Positions 57,337 through 64,000 of a stretch of 64,000 nt of DNA are shown here, in pieces. The stretch comes from the human T2T-CHM13v2.0 reference genome, Homo sapiens. A program made the position numbers and the translations under genes. The stretch's first letter is position 1; each line of letters opens with the position of its first letter. A model generated the notes under the pieces. It saw only the letters and a program-made list of their open reading frames with translations. It did not search any database and was not told where the DNA came from. The stretch covers positions 22,880,001 through 22,944,000 of the forward strand of contig CP086569.2 of the NCBI GenBank assembly GCA_009914755.4, given 5' to 3'.

Positions 57337-60300
57337 GAGCTGTCAGCCTGCCTAAGCAGAGGAAAATGATATAGACAGAGATGATCTGCTATCATGAAAA
57401 AGTCTGTCTGTGATAATCAACTGTCAGACCCTAAAATTATTGACCTTAGAGCCCCTTCGGGATGACTCTGTGGCTGAGACCCACTGAAGGAGGAGGCTTT
57501 TCCAAACTGAGATGGTCACTGAAAACTGCTCTTCTGGCTCCATTCGTGAAAGAGGCTGTGTGCAAGAATCAGGTCCCACGGAGATTGGAATATAGTCTGG
57601 TGAGTTGTTGAGGGGATTTTATGTGATGGAATCATACCTGAGATCCCAGAGGCAGCTTTCAGTGAATGGGGCTGGGCCCTTGACTTCCTTGCCTCCTATC
57701 ATCCTTGTCCTGGCAGGAGATCTATGAGAAAGGCAGGAACCATGACAAAGGCAAGTCCAAAGTCAAGCAGTATTCTTACACATCAAACTGGCCTCTCACT
57801 GCTGCAGATGATGTTGAAAAATGTTCACAGAGGGTGTCTGTGGAAATTGCTAGTCTGACAAAGGTGTCCAGTAATGCTGTTGAGGGGCAAAGTGGACCCA
57901 GCCTGGAAAGAAAGAAAAATCAAGGCTTGCCAGAGAGAAGGAGCTGACCTGAGCTGGAATATAAGAAACTTTCAAAGATTCCTCTCAGAGGAACCAAAAG
58001 CCTCCCAAGAACTGCAAACAACCTCAGCTCTCACAAACAGACCACAGACCTTTCTGAAATCAGTGGCAGGAAATCTGTATATAGAGGCAGCCCTATCCAG
58101 CAACAATCAATGCTATACACCCTCCACAATGAGAAAGGATTTGCAGATGAAATAAAACAGAGTGTAAATTACCAGAAAAAAGCCAGACATGGCTGTCTGC
58201 TTCTCATCATACTGGAATTATGCAGCCTTTTGACAGAAGTGGGGAACAAGTGTTTCCCAAGGGCCGGACACGGTGGTTTATTCCAGTAATCCTAGAACTT
58301 TGGGAGGCTAAGGTGGGAGGATCATGAGGTCAGGAGATTGAGACCATCCTGGCTAAAATGGTGAAACCCCATCTCTACTAAAAGAACAAAAAATTAGCCA
58401 GGCATTGTGGCAGGTACCTGTAGTCCCAGCTACTCAGGAGGCTGAGGCAGGAGAATGGCATGAACCCGGGAGGCAGAGCTTGCAGTGACTGGAGATCATG
58501 ACGCTGCACTCCAGCCCAGGCAACGGAGTGCAACTCTGTCTAAGAAAAAAAAAAAGGAATTTATCTGTTGGTGCCTGTAAAGGGAATTTATGGTTTTAAA
58601 AGTATCACAGCAGCTCTGTCATTAAAATGTGACAGTGTTTAGAAGGAAACACTGATGAAATACATTCCCATGAGGGTCATCCTCTGTGAACTGGGAAACA
58701 TTTAGTGTGAAAGACATTTAGCAAGACCCAGGAAATTCTAGGCCAATGAAGAATATGAAAGTGAGGAAAAGAAAAGGCAAGTGTGGAGGCCATATCCCAC
58801 ACAGCATCATTCCATTCCACTCCCCCTTGGCTCCATGTACTGAAGCCCTCCAATAGGGAACTTGCCAGCATTGCCAAAGTTCACACTAACACTGTTTCCT
58901 GAAACTTGGAGTACTCACACCAGAAAACTGGGCCATGGTGTGGAATCCTTTTGCAATTAAGGGAATGCTTAAATGCAGTTGGAAGCACCTTCTGTGTCAT
59001 CTGTTTTTACCATTTCTACAGGGGAAGGCATGGGACCCCATCTACCCTTCACCAGATTGTATCCTCACCCATATCTGACCTTATTGCTGCTCACACTCTG
59101 TGTCCCAGAATGAAATTCTAGGATGATGGAGGAGGGCCCCTTCACAACATGAAGCACCTGCTCATCTGGAAACCTAATTCGAGGTTAATTCAAGGGGCCC
59201 TGCAACATGACTGGTAGTGCCGTTTTTGGGTTGGCTGTAGGACAATAAACCATCCTCCAGCAATCATGCAGCTTTTCTGTAGAAGTGGGAGAACAAGAGT
59301 TTCCTTGTTTGTGGCTGTTGCAGGGATTTACAGTTTTAAAAGTATCGCTGCTGCCCAGTCATTAAAATACAACAGTGTTTAGGAGGAAATACTCACACAA
59401 GGGAATCCCATGAGGGTCATTTTCCATGAACTGGGAATGGTTGAGTTTGGAAGACATTGAGCCAGACCAAGGAAACTCTAGGCTGACGAGGAACATAGAA
59501 GTCAGGAAAAGAAGAGGCAAGTGTGGAAGCTACATCCCACCCAGTATCAATCCATCCCACTCGCATTTGGCTCCGTGTTTGAAAGCCCTCAAATTGAGAG
59601 TTTGCCAGGATGGCCCCAGTTTGCACTCCAAATATTCCCTGTGTGTTAGAGTACTCCCATCTGAAAATGGGGCCATGGTCTGGACTGCTTGTGATATTAA
59701 GGGAATAGAAGGCTGCAGTTGGAAATAACTTCTTTGTCATTTGTGTTCACCTTTTTTTCAGGTGAAGGCGTGGGACCCCATCAACCCCTCAACAGATTGT
59801 ATCCTCAACCCTATCTGACCTCATTGCTGCTCACACTCTCTGACCCAAAGTGAAACCCCAAGATGATGGATTAGTGCCTCCGTACAAGGTGAAGCACCCG
59901 CTCAGAACCGAATTCGAGGTAAATTCAAGGAGCCCTGTGGACAATACTAGTGTCTATCACTGGGTTGGCCGCAGGATTAAAAAACACTGGGAGATGTCTG
60001 TTGTTGAATGTGGTGTGCTCCTCTTCTTTCTAAAAGAGAGACTGTTTTTCCAGGGAAAGGTGATTTGGACCTCTGCCAGCCTCCCAAATCACAATGGATT
60101 CATTATCCACAGAAAAACAGAGAACATAGAGCCCTGCAACCAAAGCATAACGACACCGACAGGCCACCAAAATGTTGGGAGACTTGAAAAATGAAGCACC
60201 ACAGTGCGTTAGCCATATTTTTTTAAGCAGACTCCACTTACAGGTACACACACACACAAATACACAGACACAGGAAGCCACACACACACACGCACACACA

Positions 60301-60803
60301 CAGATATCCAGCATTCTCAGTGCTCCCACAGCAACACCCAGCCCAGCAGTTCCTGGGTTGTGTGGGTCTGCAGGGAGCCCCACCTGGGAGAGAGCAACTA
60401 TATGGAAAACAGGCTGTACCTAGGAATCACAGTAGGACAATTTTCCAAAAGACTCACCCCTACAATATCTAAGCAGACCTAAGGCATTCTGCAGATCTTT
60501 TTAGATCCTTATGGATTTCAGGGCTTATTCCTGGCTCTGCTTGATGTTATTTCAGCCTGGCTCACATCTGCCCTCTCCTGGGATCACGGGACTATCCCAT
60601 GAATCCTACAGAGATGATAGGTGAGAGTCCAATGCCAATGCCCCTCCATGAAATTCTCCTTTTCCGCCAAGCCATAGAGACTTGTTGCTAGTCAATGTCA
60701 GCATTGATTGTAATGCTAGCCATAGTTCACATCTCATGCCTGTTGCCCTGATACTAGCACATGTCCATTTGTGAGGCAGGTGGTTGTGCCCAGCTCTAGG
60801 AGA
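57337..60803 (+). repeat. Macrosatellite unit 5. It is expanded to about 3.47 kb by an Alu insertion plus a ~700 bp internal tandem duplication of the A-block 3' half.
   Basis: The segment '…gtttccttg…tttaaaagtatc…ccagtcattaaaat..gacagtgtttaggagg/gaaggaaa…ataaa.ca…' through the 'ggtgtgctcctc' junction occurs twice, at ~58560-59240 and ~59270-60000. Confidence 0.75.
58261..58556 (+). mobile_element. Alu SINE (AluS/Y-like) inserted into macrosatellite unit 5
   Basis: 'gggccggacacggtggtttattccagtaatcctagaactttgggaggctaaggtgggaggatcatgaggtcaggagattgagaccatcctggctaaaatggtgaaaccccatctctactaaaag…gcagtgactggagatcatgacgctgcactccagcccaggcaacggagtgcaactctgtctaagaaaaaaaaaaa'. The paralogous position in the other units has no Alu. 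Confidence 0.9.
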
Positions 60804-61604
60804 TGTCAGCCTGCCTAAACAGGAAAATGGTACAGACACAGCCGACCAGGTGTCAGAAATAATGTTGCCTGCGATAATTCACTGTAGAACTCTAAAATTT
60901 TGAGCTTAGGGCACCTTTGGGCCATCTCCGGGTAATTTCCTCTGGAGGAGGAGGCGTTTTGATACTGTGAGGTGGTTGCTGGAAAGTGCTCTTCTGACTC
61001 CACTCCTAAAAGAGGCTGTGTGCAGGAATCAGGTCCCATGGGTATTGGAAAATAGTCTGGCGATTGTTGAGACGTCTTTGCGTGATGGAATCATACCTGA
61101 GACCCCACAAGTGCATATCAGTGACAGATTACCAGGGCCTTGGCCCTGAAGATGAAAGTGTGGAGGCCACATGCCACCAGCATCAATCCCTCCCAATCCC
61201 AAACTGGCCCTGTCTTTGAAAGAGCAACCCCGGGGAATACAGGCAGCCTGTACCTGCAAATCACAGTTTTAAAAAGACTCACCCTGACAAAGTCCGGGAG
61301 GCCTTAGGCATCCTCCAGGTCCTTTTGGATCTGTAGGAGTTTTGCGGCTTATTCCTGGGGCTGTGCTTGACTTTTCTTCAGGCTGGCTCACCTCCTCCCT
61401 CTCCTAGCCTCATGGGACTATCACGGGAATCCCACAGAGAAATGAGGCGAGAGTCCACCACTGACTAACCTCCACAGAGTTCTTCTCCGCAAAGCCGCAG
61501 AGACTTATGCCTAGGCAATGGTGGCCTTCGTTGTGATGCTAACCCGAGCCCATAGCTCAGTCCTTGTGCCTAAGAGTATGCAGACTTGGGCGACGGGCTG
61601 TCAG
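60804..61604 (+). repeat. Macrosatellite unit 6, internally deleted to about 0.8 kb. It joins the first ~370 bp of the A block directly to the last ~430 bp of the B block.
   Basis: The sequence jumps from '…ggccacatgccaccagcatcaatccctcccaatcccaaactggccctgtctttgaaag' straight into 'agcaaccccggggaatacaggcagcctgtacctgcaaatcacag…', which is the late part of the B block. Confidence 0.7.
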
Positions 61605-63994
61605 AACTGTCAGCCAGCCTAAGCGAAAAAAAAGAAAAAAAAAATACATGAAGAGACGGCATGGTATTGAAAAAAATGCTGCCTGCAATAACCCAGAGTG
61701 GGACCATAAAAGTCTCGACCATAGTGTCCCTTTGGGTCATCCCTCTGCTCAGGTCCTGCTGGAGAAGGAGGTGATTTGAGACTATAAGGTGGTCTTTGGA
61801 AATGCTACTCTGACTCCATTCCCAAAAGAGGCTGTGTGCAACAGTCGGGTCAGATGGAGATTAGACTATAGTCTGGTGAGTTGTTGAGGGCTCTTTGGGT
61901 GGTGGAATCATACATGAGAGACCAGAGGTGGGTGTCAGCAAAAGATGGCTGGGCTCTTGACCTCACTGCCTCCCTTCATGCTGGGCCTTGCAGGGGATCT
62001 CTGGGAAAGGAAGGGACCATGAAAAAAGCAAGTCCAAGGCAGAGCAGTGTTCTCTCACCTCCAGCTGACCCCTAAAGGATTCAGATGAGGTTGAGACAGT
62101 GTTTCAGAGCCCGTCTGTGATGATTGCAAGCCTAAAAGGGGTTTCCAGTAGTGCTGTTGAGGGGCAATGTGGACCCATGATGAAAGTAAAGAAAAATCAA
62201 GGCCCTCTTGAGAGAACCACATGACTTGTGCTGGAGTCCAAGCAACATTCAAAGATTTCTGTCACAGGACGGTAAAGCCTCCTGCAAATTGCAAACAGCA
62301 TCAGCTGCAACAACGAGACCATGACCCACAAGCTGGAGCACAGCCAGCCTACCCAAATTCCCTTTTGCTTTCAGAAATCCCTGGCAGCCAAAAGATTTGT
62401 GCTGAGAGGCACTCCCATCCAGAAACAGGCCAATGAAAGATCCCCTCCACAATGAGAAAGGACATATAGATGAAATGAAACAGAGTCTAGTTTACCAGGC
62501 AAAAGACAGAAATGGCTGCCTGCTTCTCATCCTAGAGGAACTGTGCAGCCCTCTGATAGAAGTGGGAGAACAACAGTTTCCTTGCTGGCTTCTGCAATGG
62601 GAGTTTACAGTTCTAAAATTATTACAACTCTCCAGTCATTAAAACTTGATATTGTTTAGAAGGAAATATTCACTCAGTGGATTCCCGTGAGTGTCGTCCT
62701 CCATGAACTCGGAAGTGTTTAGTTTGGAAGACATTGACCCAGACCAAGGAAACCCTATGCTGACCAGGAACACGGAAGTCAAGAAAACAAGAGGCAAGTG
62801 TGGAGGCCACATCCCACCCAGCATCTATCCGTCGCCCTCCCATTACGCTTCAGATATAAAAGCCCTCAAATCAGGACTTTGTCAGAATGGCCCCAGTTTG
62901 CACTCCAAATATTCCCTGAATATTGGAGTACTCCCACCTGAACAACAGGGATGGTGTGGACTGCTTGTGCAATTAAGGGAATTCGGGGATGTAGTTGGAA
63001 ACACCTTCTGTGTCATCTGTCTTCAACTTTTTTGTAGGCTAAGGTGTGGGACCCCATCCACCCCTCAGCAGATTGTATCCTCACCTGTATCTGTCCTTAT
63101 TGCTGTTCACACTCTCTGTTCCAGAAAAAAAATCCTGAAATGATGGAGGAGTTGCCCTTCATGACATGTAGAACCTGCTCTCCTGGGAAACAAATTCGAG
63201 GTAAATCCAAAGGGCCTTGTGAACAGCACTGCAACTGTCTCTTCCTGAGATGGCCGCATAACAATGAAAAACTTTGTGATGTCTGTTCTTAGGTGTGGTT
63301 TCCTCCTATTCTGTCTTGAAAAGTGACATTTTTTCAGCGGGAGGGGACTTGGACCCTGGTGTGTCACAGCCAGCATCTCAATTAACTGCAGATTAATGAC
63401 CCACAGAAAAATAAAGAACATGCATCCCAAGTAAAGCAGCAGAGACAGACCACCGAAAGTTCTGGAGACTCAAAAAAAAAAATGCTACAGTGTGATAGCC
63501 ACATTCCTTTAAGAAGACTCCACTTACAGACACACACACACACACACACAAACACACAATGCTACACACATGCAGACTTCCAACATTTGCAACACTGCCA
63601 CAGAAACATACATCCTGGCAACTCCTGAAGCTGCATGGTTCTGTAGGAAGCCCCACATGGTATAGAGCAACCATGGACAACACAGCTGGGCTCTAACTAG
63701 AAATCATAGTGGGGCAAGTTTCAAAAAGACACCCCTACAATTCTTAGGTAGGCCTGAGGAATCCACTTCTGCCCTATCCTAGGATCATGGGACTATGTCG
63801 TAGATCCCACAGAGAAAAATAGCAGGAGTCCACTTTGCATGCATCCCCATGAATGTCTCCTTTTTCTGCCAAGTCACAGGGCCTTGTCGCTAGGCAATGA
63901 TAACATTCATTGTGATGCTCAAAAAAGCTCACAATCAGGCCTGGTGCCCTGAAACTAGTGCATGCACATTCTGGAGGTAAGCTCAGGCACCTGG
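61605..63994 (+). repeat. Macrosatellite unit 7, full length at about 2390 bp
   Basis: It runs marker to marker. The array continues with unit 8 from 63995. Confidence 0.85.
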
Positions 63995-64000
63995 CTGTCA

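Larger units (their letters stand above)
48590..64000 (+). repeat. Macrosatellite: a head-to-tail tandem array of a ~2.45 kb unit. It has at least 7 copies plus a partial 8th, runs off the window end, and its copies are roughly 15-25% diverged from one another. Each unit is composite: an A block of ~1.65 kb and a B block of ~0.8 kb, the latter containing an (AC)n microsatellite.
   Basis: The landmark 'g(a/c)gctgtcag(c/t)ctgcct(a/c)agcag(a/g)gg(a)aaatgg(t)acag(g)cagag' recurs at ~48636, 50985 (degenerate), 52325, 54893, 57337, 60804, 61605 and 63995. The landmark 'cactgcagattcatgatccacagaaaaataaagaacac' and its variants recur at ~51603, 54092, 56665, 60090 and 63381. The string '…ttaagcagactccacttacag(ac)n…atccaacact.acaacactcccacag…' recurs in every B block. 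Confidence 0.9.

Noticed and set aside
48590-64000. Possibility that the macrosatellite is D4Z4 or DXZ4, or that the regularly spaced repeats form a CRISPR array
   Set aside because: The sequence is not GC-rich and has no long homeobox-like ORF, which argues against D4Z4 and DXZ4. A CRISPR array is a prokaryotic feature, and units of about 2.4 kb in Alu- and L1-bearing primate DNA rule it out. I remain unable to assign a family name.

Overview
This is primate (human-like) nuclear DNA, not a prokaryotic locus. The window is AT-rich, CpG-poor and gene-poor. Interspersed repeats dominate it: at least 17 Alu copies on both strands, and several L1 elements, including a near-full-length but decayed L1 at about 41.5-47.4 kb. 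I could not support any host protein-coding gene, tRNA, rRNA or CRISPR array from the sequence alone. Five structures stand out:

- A roughly 15.4 kb head-to-tail tandem array of a ~2.45 kb unit (48.6 kb to the window end). It has at least 7 strongly diverged copies with internal deletions and duplications and one Alu insertion, and it continues past the window. I could not place it in any named macrosatellite family from memory.
- A ~560 bp segment inside one unit (about 52.08-52.64 kb) that retains CpG-island-like CpG density while the paralogous segments in the other units do not.
- A ~1.2 kb, highly degenerate interstitial telomere-like (CCCTAA)n block at 22.1-23.3 kb.
- A 96-97% identical inverted repeat with ~150 bp arms and a ~220 bp loop at 12.18-12.69 kb.
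- A short GC-rich island at 27.35-28.11 kb carrying a ~78 bp minisatellite with 4 diverged copies.

All coordinates are approximate, good to about 5-15 bp, because they come from manual reading.
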